Notes: generated from the sequence alone by a model not told the origin. A stretch of 37,343 nt of DNA from Burkholderiales bacterium (GCA_040507665.1 JBEVOI010000182.1:1-37343); one strand, 5' to 3'. Positions 10,145 to 20,500 are shown, counted from the first letter of the stretch. Numbers and translations are program-made.

Positions 10145-11986
10145 ATGACGAGCCTACTACACTCGGGTTTCTGCGGGCGACGTAATTTCGAGCACGTCGT
10201 CTCGACGTTGACACTCGGGTTGTGCGCCCTGCTGTCGAGCTGCGCCTACAGGCCAGTCATCCCCCAATCCGATGCCCACCTCACCACCAGCCGTGTGCTT
10301 TCTCCCGCTGGTGAGCCACCGCCTCCTGTGCGCTCCAGCGGGAATTTCCTTCCACCACCCAAAGCAGCGCCCAAGCCTGCCACGTACAGTGTGGTGGTTA
10401 ACGAAGTACCGGTGCGGGAGCTTCTATTTGCACTCGCCCGGGATACGAAGCAGAACATCGACGTCCATCCAGGGATTAGCGGTCTCGTAACCTTGAACGC
10501 GGTGAACGAAACCTTGCCCGCGATCCTCGACCGCATCGCAAAGCAGGTCAACCTCCGTTATCGTCAGGAAGGCAATACGATCATCGTTCAACCTGATGCC
10601 CCCTTCTCGAGGACGTATCGGGTCAACTACGTGAACATGACGCGAGACACCACGTCGACAGTAGGTGCGACCGTTCAGATCGCGGGCCCGAGTGGGTCGG
10701 GTCAGGTATCGGGCGCGGGCGGTGCGGTTGCGGGCGGTGGCGGGGCTGGCGGCAACGCCTCGTCGACGACGGTTCGCACAACTTCAAAAGGCGATTTCTG
10801 GGAACAGCTCAGGGAAAATATCCGATCCATCGTCTCCGCGAACCGGCAGCTGGCTCAGTCCGCGGATGAGCGCGCAGCCCGAGCGGAAGCAATGCGGGCC
10901 GCCCGCGAAGAGCGGGTTGCCCAAGCTGAGGCAGCGAGCAAGGCCGGCCAATCGGCAGCCGAGCTTTTCTCCACGGCCTTTAGTCAGCCCCCCGCACTCC
11001 CGGGGGACCTGAACAACGAAATCGTGATCAATTCGTTTGCCGGAACCGTTACCGTCCTCGCGACCGAGCGCGAGCATCGTCTTGTCCAGCAGTACCTCGA
11101 CCACGTGCAGACCGCCGTGCAGCGCGAAGTGCTCATCGAGGCGACGATCGCAGAGGTTACGCTGTCCGACGCGTTCCAGGCGGGAGTGGACTGGAGCGTA
11201 ATTACGAATGGGGGGTTGGCGATTACGCAAAACCTCCTTACTGGTACTTTAGCGACGCCCCCCGCCTTCTCCCTCGCTTATGCTAGCGGCAACTTCAAGG
11301 GACTTATCCGCGCCCTGGAGCAATTTGGAAGCACGCAGGTGCTGTCGAGCCCGAAGCTCATGGTGATCAACAACCAGACCGCCCTGCTGAAGGTGGTGGA
11401 CAACATTGTCTACTTCACAATTCAGGCCCAGCAAGGGGTGTCGACCGGTGGGGGCGTTATTCAACCCAACACTTTTACCACGACCCCCCAGACGGTCGCG
11501 GTGGGCGTCATCCTATCGGTGACACCGCAAGTCCACGAGTCGGGTCAGGTAACCCTGACGATTCGCCCAACGATCACCCGCATCCTGAATTTCGTGGATG
11601 ACCCCAATCCGTCACTCTGCACGACTGGTGCCGGCGGGCTGGTGCAGAACTGCATCAAGAATCCGGTGCCTCAGCTGCAGGTAAGGGAGATTGAGTCGGT
11701 GCTGCAAGTGGGCACCGGGCAGACCGTCATTCTCGGCGGCCTGATGCAGGACGACGTGGCACGGGATCGCAGGGGGCTGCCCTACCTGTCCACGCTTCCT
11801 GGCGTGACCGGGACGGCATTTAGCGTTCGGGGCAACGTCACAAAGAAGACCGAACTCGTCATCTTCCTGAAGCCCACCGTAATAACCCATGCCTCGCTGG
11901 AAGCTGACGACCTCAAGTTCTTCCAGCGCTTCCTGCCGGTCTTGGACAAACCTGAGACCCTGCCTCCGCCGCGTAACACCCCATGA
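10145..11986 (+). CDS. Secretin, MshL-like, probable lipoprotein
   Basis: Lipobox-like LCALLSSC; N0-like YSVVVNEVPVRELLFALARD; VLIEATIAEVTL...GVDW; VLSSPKLMVINNQTA; GVILSVTPQ; GQTVILGGLM; KTELVIFLKP. True start may lie further downstream. Confidence 0.92.
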   Translation: MTSLLHSGFCGRRNFEHVVSTLTLGLCALLSSCAYRPVIPQSDAHLTTSRVLSPAGEPPPPVRSSGNFLPPPKAAPKPATYSVVVNEVPVRELLFALARDTKQNIDVHPGISGLVTLNAVNETLPAILDRIAKQVNLRYRQEGNTIIVQPDAPFSRTYRVNYVNMTRDTTSTVGATVQIAGPSGSGQVSGAGGAVAGGGGAGGNASSTTVRTTSKGDFWEQLRENIRSIVSANRQLAQSADERAARAEAMRAAREERVAQAEAASKAGQSAAELFSTAFSQPPALPGDLNNEIVINSFAGTVTVLATEREHRLVQQYLDHVQTAVQREVLIEATIAEVTLSDAFQAGVDWSVITNGGLAITQNLLTGTLATPPAFSLAYASGNFKGLIRALEQFGSTQVLSSPKLMVINNQTALLKVVDNIVYFTIQAQQGVSTGGGVIQPNTFTTTPQTVAVGVILSVTPQVHESGQVTLTIRPTITRILNFVDDPNPSLCTTGAGGLVQNCIKNPVPQLQVREIESVLQVGTGQTVILGGLMQDDVARDRRGLPYLSTLPGVTGTAFSVRGNVTKKTELVIFLKPTVITHASLEADDLKFFQRFLPVLDKPETLPPPRNTP

Positions 11987-13185
11987 GCCTCTTGATGCAG
12001 GCCTTGCAAAAGGCTGCGAAGGAGCGGGAAGGAACAGCCCACTCCTTGAGCGAGGGAAGCGCGATGACCGGCGACCTTTCGCTTGAGCCCCTCGAAGGCG
12101 TTACATCCACGAAGCCCAGCGCAGGGACGTCCGCGTCTGGCTCGCACGGCGGCCCAACCCCGGCTCAGGCGGCCACCGTGCTGCAGAGTGCCGAAGCGGG
12201 ACCTGGAGTCGTTGCATGGCTTCAGGATCATCGCAGGGCGGTATATGGCGGGTTGATTGGGGCCATCTTGCTTGGGTATGGCGCTTACTTTTACGTCTCC
12301 GTCTACCACCCGGGTCTGCTTCGCCGTCCCCTTAGCCCTCAGATCGCAGCGAATGTTCCGCCGGCGGCTCCGTTGCCGCCCGCCGTCCCCGCTCTACCTG
12401 AGGCGACGACAGCTGTCGGGTCTGCAAACGCTCTCCCAGCGAGCTCCGACGCGGCTGCGACCGAGCCAGGGCCGCGGTCGCGCCCTGCGGCACGTTCGGG
12501 AGGCACTGCGGAATCGCGCCCGCGCATGCAGCCTCCAGCGCCGTCAACGACGCCCGGGCCGCGTCAGCCCCACAGCTCCATCGCCGTTAGGCCGGGGGGC
12601 GAAGGACCTAAAATCAGTCCACAGCTCGTCGACGCCTACGACGCTTTGCGCACGGGGCGCATCGAGGACGCCAAGCGGCTTTACGATGCGGTGCTCCTAT
12701 CGGAACCGCGAAATATTGACGCCTTGCTTGGCAGGGCTATGGTCGCCCAACAGCAAGTTGACCTGGACCTTGCCACTCGATACCTCTACCAAGTAATCCA
12801 GCTTGAGCCCTCCAACAGCATTGCACAGGGAGGGCTCATCAACCTGTTGGGCCGCGCGGATCCGCAAAGCGCCGAAAGCCGGCTTAAGTCCTTAATCTCA
12901 AAGGACCCCTCTGCCTTCCTTTACTTTGCACTCGGAAACCTTTACGCGGACCAGGGCAACTGGCCTGCTGCGCAAGCGTCTTATTTCCAGGCGCACCATC
13001 TCCAGCCGGACAGTCCGGACTATGTTTACAACCTCGCGGTGAGCCTCGAGCACCTCAGCCAGCCCAAGCTCGCCCTCAGCTTCTATCGTCAGGCGCTCGA
13101 ACTGGCCAAGTCGGGGGGCCGTGCCAACTTCGACTCTGCCTCGGTTCAGGAACGCGTAGTCAGGCTCGCTGCTGGCGTGGATTAG
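11983..13185 (+). CDS. TPR-repeat protein, MshN-like
   Basis: MSLLMQALQKA N-terminus, TM segment, Pro/Ala-rich linker, C-terminal TPRs (FALGNLYADQGNW..AQ..YFQA; YNLAVSLEHL.Q..LAL.FY.QAL). Confidence 0.8.
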   Translation: MSLLMQALQKAAKEREGTAHSLSEGSAMTGDLSLEPLEGVTSTKPSAGTSASGSHGGPTPAQAATVLQSAEAGPGVVAWLQDHRRAVYGGLIGAILLGYGAYFYVSVYHPGLLRRPLSPQIAANVPPAAPLPPAVPALPEATTAVGSANALPASSDAAATEPGPRSRPAARSGGTAESRPRMQPPAPSTTPGPRQPHSSIAVRPGGEGPKISPQLVDAYDALRTGRIEDAKRLYDAVLLSEPRNIDALLGRAMVAQQQVDLDLATRYLYQVIQLEPSNSIAQGGLINLLGRADPQSAESRLKSLISKDPSAFLYFALGNLYADQGNWPAAQASYFQAHHLQPDSPDYVYNLAVSLEHLSQPKLALSFYRQALELAKSGGRANFDSASVQERVVRLAAGVD

Positions 13186-13187
13186 CC

Positions 13188-14897
13188 GTGGCCGAGCAGA
13201 GGAAGAAGCTCCGCCTCGGTGAGCTACTGGTCCAGGCCGGTCTAATAACGCCCGACCAGCTGCGAATCGCGCTAACCGAGCAGAAGCAGAACAACGTCCC
13301 GCTCGGTCGCCTCCTCGTCCGCCTCGGATTCGTCACCGAAGGCGCAATCCGGGACATCATGGCCCGGACTATCGGGCAAGAGAGCATCGACCTCACCAAG
13401 ATCGTGGTCGATGCGGAAGCGCTGAAGCTCGTCCCGCAGGACTTCGCCCGCCGTCATCGTCTAATCCCGATCGCCTACGAGGCCGACAGCCGCGTACTTA
13501 CGGTCGCAACCACCGAAATCTTCAATGTCGTCGCGCTCGACCAGTTGCGCGCGCTTCTAGGCCCGCAGATCGAGCTCAAGGCGCAACTCGCCGGCGAAGC
13601 ACAACTCGAAGATTACATCGACCAGTTCTACGGCTTCGAGCTTTCCGTCGATGGCATCCTGCAGGAAATCGAGACCGGTGAAATCGATTACACCAGCTTG
13701 CAGGCCGGCGGGGACGAATACACCCAACCCATAGTTAGGCTGGTCGGCGCCTTGCTCGTGGATGCCGTAAAGCGCGGTGCCTCTGACATCCACTTCGAGC
13801 CAGAGTACGCCTTCCTGCGGGTGCGCTACCGCATCGACGGTGTACTCGAACAGATCCGCAGCCTGCACAAGATGTACTGGGCGGGGATTGCGGTGCGGAT
13901 CAAGGTTATCAGCGGGATGAATATCGCCGAGACCCGAGCGCCGCAGGACGGGCGATTGTCGCTCAATCTGAACGGTCGCCCAGTCGACTTCCGGGTATCC
14001 AGCCAACCTACCATCTACGGCGAGAACATCGTGCTTCGCGTTCTCGACAGGGAAAAATCCATTATCAGTCTCGAAAGGATGGGGCTCGCGCAGGAAACGC
14101 TCAACAAGCTGCAGCTCATGCTTGCACGACCGGAGGGTGTGCTCATCCTCACCGGCCCGACCGGGAGCGGAAAGACCACCACCCTCTACTCTCTGCTTTC
14201 GCAGTTGAATGTGGAGTCGGTGAACATCATGACTCTCGAGGACCCAGTCGAATATCCGGTAACGATGATGCGTCAAACGTCGGTAAATGAAGCAGCCAAG
14301 ATGGATTTCGCGAACGGTATTCGCTCCATCATGCGGCAGGATCCGGACATTATTCTCGTGGGCGAGGTGCGGGATCAGGAAACCGCGGAGATGGCTTTTC
14401 GCGCTGCAATGACCGGCCACCAGGTATTCACGACATTGCACACCAACTCGGCCTTGGGCGCCTTTCCGCGCCTGCTAGACATCGGTATCGATCCGGCCAT
14501 CATGGCCGGCAACATCATCGGCGTGATCGCGCAGCGGCTCGTGCGCGTACTCTGCCCCGCCTGTAAGGAGGGCTACACCCCTTCTCCCGAAGAACGCAAC
14601 GTCCTTGGCCTGACGGATGATCGCCAGGTTGAGATCTATCGACCTGTCGGCTGCAAGCAGTGCATTAGCAAAGGTTATCGTGGTCGCGTCGCGATCATGG
14701 AACTTCTGCACATGGACGCCGATCTGGATGAATTGGTGGCGCGCAGAGCAACCGCGAGAGAGCTCCGCATGTTAGCGGTCGAGAAGGGGTTCCGTCCGCT
14801 CATCGACGACGCCGTCGACCGTGTGCTCGAAGGTACAACCAGCCTGATGGAAGTTTCACGCGCGGTAGACCTCACCGGTCGCATTCGCTGGATCTGA
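13188..14897 (+). CDS. Type IV filament assembly ATPase (GspE/PilB/MshE family) with N-terminal MshEN domain
   Basis: RLGELLVQAGLI; ASDIHFEP; GPTGSGKTTTLY; TLEDPVEY; RQDPDIILVGEVRD; TGHQVFTTLHTN; tetracysteine CPAC...CKQC. Confidence 0.96.
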   Translation: MAEQRKKLRLGELLVQAGLITPDQLRIALTEQKQNNVPLGRLLVRLGFVTEGAIRDIMARTIGQESIDLTKIVVDAEALKLVPQDFARRHRLIPIAYEADSRVLTVATTEIFNVVALDQLRALLGPQIELKAQLAGEAQLEDYIDQFYGFELSVDGILQEIETGEIDYTSLQAGGDEYTQPIVRLVGALLVDAVKRGASDIHFEPEYAFLRVRYRIDGVLEQIRSLHKMYWAGIAVRIKVISGMNIAETRAPQDGRLSLNLNGRPVDFRVSSQPTIYGENIVLRVLDREKSIISLERMGLAQETLNKLQLMLARPEGVLILTGPTGSGKTTTLYSLLSQLNVESVNIMTLEDPVEYPVTMMRQTSVNEAAKMDFANGIRSIMRQDPDIILVGEVRDQETAEMAFRAAMTGHQVFTTLHTNSALGAFPRLLDIGIDPAIMAGNIIGVIAQRLVRVLCPACKEGYTPSPEERNVLGLTDDRQVEIYRPVGCKQCISKGYRGRVAIMELLHMDADLDELVARRATARELRMLAVEKGFRPLIDDAVDRVLEGTTSLMEVSRAVDLTGRIRWI

Positions 14898-14971
14898 AGC
14901 GAGGGCTACCTGCTCCCCAAAGATCGATCCCCTAGAGACCGCGCCTGGTTTAACCGCCTCCACTAAATCCC

Positions 14972-16177
14972 ATGCCCGCCTATCAGTACAAAGCGCTCGG
15001 CAAGACCGGCCACGCTGCCAAGGGCACGCTAGACGCGGCCAATGAGGTCGATCTCGAGGTCCGCCTACGGCGTATGGGGCTGGATCTGATCACCTGCCGT
15101 CAACTCGCCGCAGCCGGAGGATCGGGGTCGCGCGGCAACGTCTCCCGACGCGACCTTATCGCCTATTGCTATGACATGGAGCAGATTACCCGCTCTGGTA
15201 TTCCGATCCTCGAGGGGTTGCGGGACCTCCGCGATTCGGTCGACACGGCGAGGTTCCGCGAGGTTCTGACGGCAATGCTTGAGGACATGGAGGGCGGCAA
15301 ATTGCTTTCCCAGTGCCTGGCGGCGCACCCTTCGGTCTTCGGCGCCGTGTTCGTTAGTCTGGTCAAGGCGGGCGAGCAGACGGGCCGGCTCACGGAAGTA
15401 TTCGAAAACCTCGGCGCGGCGCTGCGCTGGCAGGACGAACTCGCGTCCCAGACGATGCGTCTGTTGGCATATCCTCTGCTAGTTCTGATAGTTGTCGCCG
15501 GCGTCCTGATCTTCCTGCTCACTTACTTGGTGCCCCAGGTCGTGGGCCTGCTGAAAACGATGGGTGTGGCAATGCCGATCCAGACCCGCGTGCTGATTGC
15601 GGTGTCCGGCTTCACGGTGAAGTACTGGTATCTACTGATCGGACTTCCCGTTATCGCGACCGCAGTCGCGGTCATTGCGGTCAAAAGCAATCCGAAGGCA
15701 CGATTCATCTGGGACGGACTGAAGCTGCGGCTACCCGTTGTGGGTCAGATTCTTCAGAAGATCATTCTGGCGCGTTTCGCAAACTTCTTCGCCCTCATGT
15801 ACCGCTCGGGAATTACCGTGCTCGACTCCATCAAGACGTGCGAGGATATCGTCGCCAACAAAGTCATCGCGGACGGGCTTGCTCGCGCGGGGCAGCAGAT
15901 CAACGCCGGCGAAAGCCTTACCGAGACATTTCAAAGGCTGGGCTTGTTCCCGCCCCTGGTGATCCGCATGCTGCGAACGGGCGAAAGCACGGGCGCCCTC
16001 GATACCGCCCTCCTGAACGTGAGCTACTTTTACACACGGGACGTTCGGGAATCCGTCGACAAAGCTCTCAAGCTCCTGGAACCCATGCTCACCCTGGTGT
16101 TGGGGGGTATCCTCGCGTTTATCATGTTTGCCGTCCTTACCCCGGTGTACGAGGTAATCGGCAAGGTGAAGATCTAG
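14972..16177 (+). CDS. Inner membrane platform protein (GspF/PilC/MshG family)
   Basis: MPAYQYKA start, two GspF repeats (GIPILEGL..; GEQTGRL; GESTGALD), LLEP near the C-terminal TM. Confidence 0.95.
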   Translation: MPAYQYKALGKTGHAAKGTLDAANEVDLEVRLRRMGLDLITCRQLAAAGGSGSRGNVSRRDLIAYCYDMEQITRSGIPILEGLRDLRDSVDTARFREVLTAMLEDMEGGKLLSQCLAAHPSVFGAVFVSLVKAGEQTGRLTEVFENLGAALRWQDELASQTMRLLAYPLLVLIVVAGVLIFLLTYLVPQVVGLLKTMGVAMPIQTRVLIAVSGFTVKYWYLLIGLPVIATAVAVIAVKSNPKARFIWDGLKLRLPVVGQILQKIILARFANFFALMYRSGITVLDSIKTCEDIVANKVIADGLARAGQQINAGESLTETFQRLGLFPPLVIRMLRTGESTGALDTALLNVSYFYTRDVRESVDKALKLLEPMLTLVLGGILAFIMFAVLTPVYEVIGKVKI

Positions 16178-16199
16178 GCCCGAAACTGGCCAGTCAACC

Positions 16200-17738
16200 A
16201 TGACGGACAAAGTACTCATTGCCATCGCTGCCGAGCAGGCAACCGTGTCGCGCTGGCGGGACGGGAAGCTCGGACCCTGCCAGAACTTCGAAAACGACGA
16301 AGCGGGGTGGGCTGGGTTCGAGAGCTTCCTCAAGGTGGCAAAGGGAATCCCCACCTACATGATGGTGGATGCAGTCGAGGAAGATTATCGATTCGAGACG
16401 CTGCCCCACACCCAAGGCAGGGACCGCCAGCAGATGATCGGGCGGAAGTTGCGGCAGCTGTATCGAAACACACCCTACTACACGGCATGGATGCAGGGGC
16501 GGGACAGCGGAAAGCGACGGGACGATATCTACCTGTTCGCAGCGCTCACCAATCCGGACATGCTGTTTGGCTGGGTGCAGGGTCTCGCCCGCCAGCAGAC
16601 CCCGCTGGTGGGCATCTATACTCTTCCCGTCGTCAGTATCGCTCTCGCGGAGCGCCTCAAGCTCAAGGCACAGAATCTCCTGCTCGTCTCCCAGCACGCC
16701 TCCGGCCTACGCCAGACGGTGCTACGTGAAGGAAAGCTGCGGCTTTCGCGTCTGACTCGGCTCGAGGCCGCCAACGGCGAATCCCGCGCCAGCGCCTATG
16801 CAGAAGAGATTCAGAATACCCGCCTCTACCTTCACGCCCTGAAGGTAATGACACTCGACGACCATATGACGGTGGCCGTGCTTGACAAGGACGACTCCCT
16901 CGGCGAGTTGGGCCATCTGGTCCAGCAGCGGTTTGTGAATACGCGCGTCGAACACCTTTCCCGAGCCGATGTCGTGACCAGGCTCGGAGTGTCGCCCGAG
17001 GTGCTTGCCTACGGCCGCGACGCGATCTATTTGCAGATCCTCGGCCAGAAGACGCCGGGCTGCAACCTCGCCCCATCGGGAATGCTAACCCACTACCGCC
17101 GCCTCAAAGCACGCCGCGCCATTTACGGCGCCAGCGCTGCGGCCGCACTCGCAGCGGTACTCTGGGTCGGTGGCAACGTCTGGCAGCGTAGCGAGATCGA
17201 CTTCGAGACCCAGCGTCTACGCGCAGCAGCGACCATTGAGGATCAGAAATACGAGACCGTAACACGCCAGTTCCCCAAGGCACCGACCTCCGCTGCGAAT
17301 CTGAAGAGAACCGTCGAGATCGCCGAGAAGATACGGGTGAGCGCACGTACCCCTGAAGGCATGTTGGTCGCTGTGAGCCGCGCCCTCGAGGACAGTCCCG
17401 GCATTTTCCTTCGGAGCGTCACATGGAAATGGGGGGCCCCGGAGACCGCCGAACTCGCGGGTGGGGGAACGCCACCCGCTAGTGAGCATCGCCAGCAAGC
17501 CACCATAGAAGCGGAGATCCGCCCCTTCAAAGGCGACTTTCGGGCAGCAATCACAGCGATCGATAGGTTTGTCGAGCAGCTATCGAAGGAGAAGAATGTC
17601 GCAGAGGTGCGTGTCGTCCAATTACCGATCAACGTGAGCGAGACCTCCGTACTAAGTGGCAATACCGCGAAAGAAACGCAGGTCCAGGCCGCCACGGCCC
17701 AGTTCAAACTCGAAGTCCTTCTGAAGCCAGGCGTATGA
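16200..17738 (+). CDS. Alignment-complex protein, PilM-PilN fusion / GspL / MshI-like
   Basis: Cytoplasmic actin-like-looking region (LRQTVLREGKLRLSRLT, EEIQNTRLYL), single TM (RRAIYGASAAAALAAVLWV), coiled coil and PilN-like C-terminal domain; follows the platform gene. Confidence 0.68.
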   Translation: MTDKVLIAIAAEQATVSRWRDGKLGPCQNFENDEAGWAGFESFLKVAKGIPTYMMVDAVEEDYRFETLPHTQGRDRQQMIGRKLRQLYRNTPYYTAWMQGRDSGKRRDDIYLFAALTNPDMLFGWVQGLARQQTPLVGIYTLPVVSIALAERLKLKAQNLLLVSQHASGLRQTVLREGKLRLSRLTRLEAANGESRASAYAEEIQNTRLYLHALKVMTLDDHMTVAVLDKDDSLGELGHLVQQRFVNTRVEHLSRADVVTRLGVSPEVLAYGRDAIYLQILGQKTPGCNLAPSGMLTHYRRLKARRAIYGASAAAALAAVLWVGGNVWQRSEIDFETQRLRAAATIEDQKYETVTRQFPKAPTSAANLKRTVEIAEKIRVSARTPEGMLVAVSRALEDSPGIFLRSVTWKWGAPETAELAGGGTPPASEHRQQATIEAEIRPFKGDFRAAITAIDRFVEQLSKEKNVAEVRVVQLPINVSETSVLSGNTAKETQVQAATAQFKLEVLLKPGV

Positions 17739-17802
17739 CCCGCGAGCATCTCCCTGCGGAACTCAACATCACCGCGATTCGTCCAGGCCGGGGGGGCGCC
17801 CG

Positions 17803-18417
17803 ATGAACCTGCGCGATTTCACTGCGCTGCGCACCCCGCTATTAGTGTTGCTTTCGGTTGTCGCTGTCGGCGCGGTCTCGATCGAATATTCCACGGGCCT
17901 GGTAAAGCGCGCTGAATCCGAGCTGAAGGCCCAGAAGGCCACGCTGCAAGAGGCCCGTACTCGTTACCAACGCTCGGGGGACGAGAAGGACACAATAGTC
18001 CGCTACCTTGGCAGCTATGAAAAGTTGCAGCGGGAAGGAGTTGTCGGAGAGGAACAACGCATAAACTGGATCGACGGTCTGCGCCTCGCGAACATCCAGT
18101 CCGAGCTCTTCGGCGTCGACTACCAGATCGGGGTTCAGCAACCCTATGGCGGCGTCGGCGAGTTTGATGCTGGCGGCATCAAGTTGCGACAGTCAGTTAT
18201 GAAGATCCGAATCCCGCTGCTGCACGAGGGCGATTTGCTTCGATTCCTTGCGAGACTCGAAAAGCAGCGCGTGGGCCTGTTCACGGTCAACAAATGCTCC
18301 CTTGAGCGGACCGGAACGGCGAGCGCCTCACCGCGCTACCAGCCCAATCTAAGTGCGGAATGCGACCTCGCCTGGATCACACTGATCGAAGATAGCGGCA
18401 AGGACAAGAAAGCATGA
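17803..18417 (+). CDS. PilO/GspM/MshJ-like protein
   Basis: N-terminal TM, coiled coil, then MKIRIPLLHEGDLLRFLARLE and a C-terminal beta strand; position in operon. Confidence 0.65.
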   Translation: MNLRDFTALRTPLLVLLSVVAVGAVSIEYSTGLVKRAESELKAQKATLQEARTRYQRSGDEKDTIVRYLGSYEKLQREGVVGEEQRINWIDGLRLANIQSELFGVDYQIGVQQPYGGVGEFDAGGIKLRQSVMKIRIPLLHEGDLLRFLARLEKQRVGLFTVNKCSLERTGTASASPRYQPNLSAECDLAWITLIEDSGKDKKA

Positions 18418-19067
18418 AGCGAATCGCACTCGCGATGATTCTTGTTTCGGCTTCGTCTGTATACGCAGACAGCATGGGACGTCTCTTCTTTACACCGGAG
18501 CAGCGGTTGATGCTCGACAGTGCCAGACGGCAGAAGGTGAAGATCGAGGAGCAGAGCGAGGAGCAAGCTCCAGAGATCGTCAGTCTGAACGGAGTAGTCA
18601 AACGCAGCGACGGTCAGACGACCGTGTGGCTCAACAACCGCGCGGTAAGCGATCGTCGAACACCGGGTGGCGTCACTATCGTTCCGCAGGGCACTGCGTC
18701 GGACCCTGTGACCTTCAGGATGCCGCAGGGCGACCGCGCCGTCAGCCTGCGCGTCGGTCAAAACCTCGACGTTACAACCGGCCAGGTGGTCGAGCCCTAC
18801 GACCCCATAGCAGCCGAGATGAAGCGCGCCTTCGCCGCCAAGCAAGCCGAGGCGGCACGGGGGAAGAGGCCGGACGATGCCGAGACAGCGCCGATTGGCG
18901 CTCCAAGCAAGGCAGCCGAGGCCAAGACTTCCGCGGGAAGCCAGGCAGCAGGCAGGGTTTCGGGCACCGTTTCCGCGTCCGTTTCCAGTCAACCCCCAAG
19001 GAAGACCGAGCCCCCTGCTCCAAAAGCCGACAGCGGCGAGGCAGTTTCCAAGAAGCCGTCGTCCTGA
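18414..19067 (+). CDS. Exported pilus accessory protein, MshK/PilP/GspC-like position
   Basis: Signal peptide, GRLFFTPEQR..LD, LNGVVKRSDG..TVWLN, low-complexity C-terminal tail; 4-nt overlap with the previous gene. Confidence 0.6.
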   Translation: MKRIALAMILVSASSVYADSMGRLFFTPEQRLMLDSARRQKVKIEEQSEEQAPEIVSLNGVVKRSDGQTTVWLNNRAVSDRRTPGGVTIVPQGTASDPVTFRMPQGDRAVSLRVGQNLDVTTGQVVEPYDPIAAEMKRAFAAKQAEAARGKRPDDAETAPIGAPSKAAEAKTSAGSQAAGRVSGTVSASVSSQPPRKTEPPAPKADSGEAVSKKPSS

Positions 19068-19072
19068 GAGTC

Positions 19073-20500
19073 ATGACTGACCGCCAACGGCGCGCAGGCC
19101 GAGAGGAAGGCATTGCCCTGCTGACGTTGCTCGCGGTCGTCTCATTGGGCGCGGCGCTCGCCTTGCTCGCAATGGCAAGTCCTCAGCCCTTGGACCTGAA
19201 ACGCGAGGAGATCACTGGCAAGGCGCTGGCCAAGGCCAAGGATGCACTTATTGCATATGCGGCAACCTACGCTGACTCCCATATTGGCCAAGTGCCGGGC
19301 TATCTGCCCTGCCCCGACCTCGGCACCGCCGGAATTGGCGGGGAGGGCACCGCAGAGGCCACGTGCGCCGGGGCGAACGTCTCCGTCATCGGACGCCTTC
19401 CTTGGAAAACCCTCGGCATCGAGCCGCCGCGAGATGGGTCCGGCGAATGCCTGTGGTACGCGGTGTCAGGCACTTTCAAGAACAGTCCGAAAACCGAACT
19501 CATGAACTGGGACACCATCGGTCAAATCGAGGTCTACGGGCCGGACGGCGTGACCCTGCTGGCGGGGTCGCAACCCGAGAACCGCGCAGCGGCGGTGATC
19601 TTTGCGCCCGGGGTCGCACTCGGACAGGACCGGCAGGACGACAACCCGGGCACGCCGCAGAAGCCCATCTGCAGCGAGGACTACACGCCAGCGCGGTTCC
19701 TAGAAGCCGTCGACGCACTCAACAACGCTGTCGCGAACGGTACTGCCGGGGCATTGTCCCGCTTCATCGCGGGAGACAAGAGCAACGGGTTCAATGACCG
19801 TCTGCTCCTCCTAATGCCTTCCGAGATTTTTGGTGCCATCGAGAAGCGGTCCGACTTCGCTCCGAAGCTCGCGAGTCTCGCGCAGACGGCTGCCCAGTGC
19901 CTGACCCAGTACGTCCGCGAGAATGCGAACTACGCGGCCGGAGACCATCGGATGCCCTGGACCGCCCCTGTTGTCCTAACGGCCTACACGGCGGACGGTT
20001 ACTTCGACGACGCAGCGAATAGCTTGTCAGGGCGGTATCCGTTTCAGCTCGATACGACCAAGGCAACACCGGTGCCGAATCCGCTCGCGTCGACTCTCGC
20101 CGGTGCCAGCTGCGCCTTCCGAACCAGCGGTGCGGACGAGAACTGGTGGGACAATTGGAAGGATCACCTCTTCTATGCGGTAGCTGGGGACTTCAAGCCC
20201 AGCGCCTCCAATCCCAGTCCGGTCACCTGCGGCTCCGGCTGCCTGCAGGTGAATGGCAATCCCGGGCAAGTGGCCATAGTGATGTTTTCCGGTAAGCGCC
20301 TCGCGGGCCAAACCCGCTCCAGCGACGTTGCGAAAGGTACGCTCGCAAATTACCTGGAGGGACGAAACCTTACCAATCATCCCAACGCCGGTGGCAACAG
20401 CAACTACGAGAAGGGTGCTCCCAGCACCACCTTTAACGACGTGCTCTACTGCGCAGGACTAGACGGGGCCGGCAACCCCACTGCCGTCGCGTGCCCTTGA
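19073..20500 (+). CDS. Large PilX/GspK-like minor pilin with tandem duplicated head module
   Basis: ATG 19073: MTDRQRRAGREEG|IALLTLLAVVSLG (class III-type leader lacking Glu5); GYLPCPD, GRLPWKTLG, DGSGECLWYAVS. The upstream part of ORF 18626 overlaps the previous gene and is spurious. Confidence 0.78.
   Translation: MTDRQRRAGREEGIALLTLLAVVSLGAALALLAMASPQPLDLKREEITGKALAKAKDALIAYAATYADSHIGQVPGYLPCPDLGTAGIGGEGTAEATCAGANVSVIGRLPWKTLGIEPPRDGSGECLWYAVSGTFKNSPKTELMNWDTIGQIEVYGPDGVTLLAGSQPENRAAAVIFAPGVALGQDRQDDNPGTPQKPICSEDYTPARFLEAVDALNNAVANGTAGALSRFIAGDKSNGFNDRLLLLMPSEIFGAIEKRSDFAPKLASLAQTAAQCLTQYVRENANYAAGDHRMPWTAPVVLTAYTADGYFDDAANSLSGRYPFQLDTTKATPVPNPLASTLAGASCAFRTSGADENWWDNWKDHLFYAVAGDFKPSASNPSPVTCGSGCLQVNGNPGQVAIVMFSGKRLAGQTRSSDVAKGTLANYLEGRNLTNHPNAGGNSNYEKGAPSTTFNDVLYCAGLDGAGNPTAVACP

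Noticed and set aside
18626-19072. N-terminal 149 aa of the 624-aa ORF
   Set aside because: Overlaps the real gene 18414-19067 in another frame; the prepilin-like leader begins at ATG 19073.
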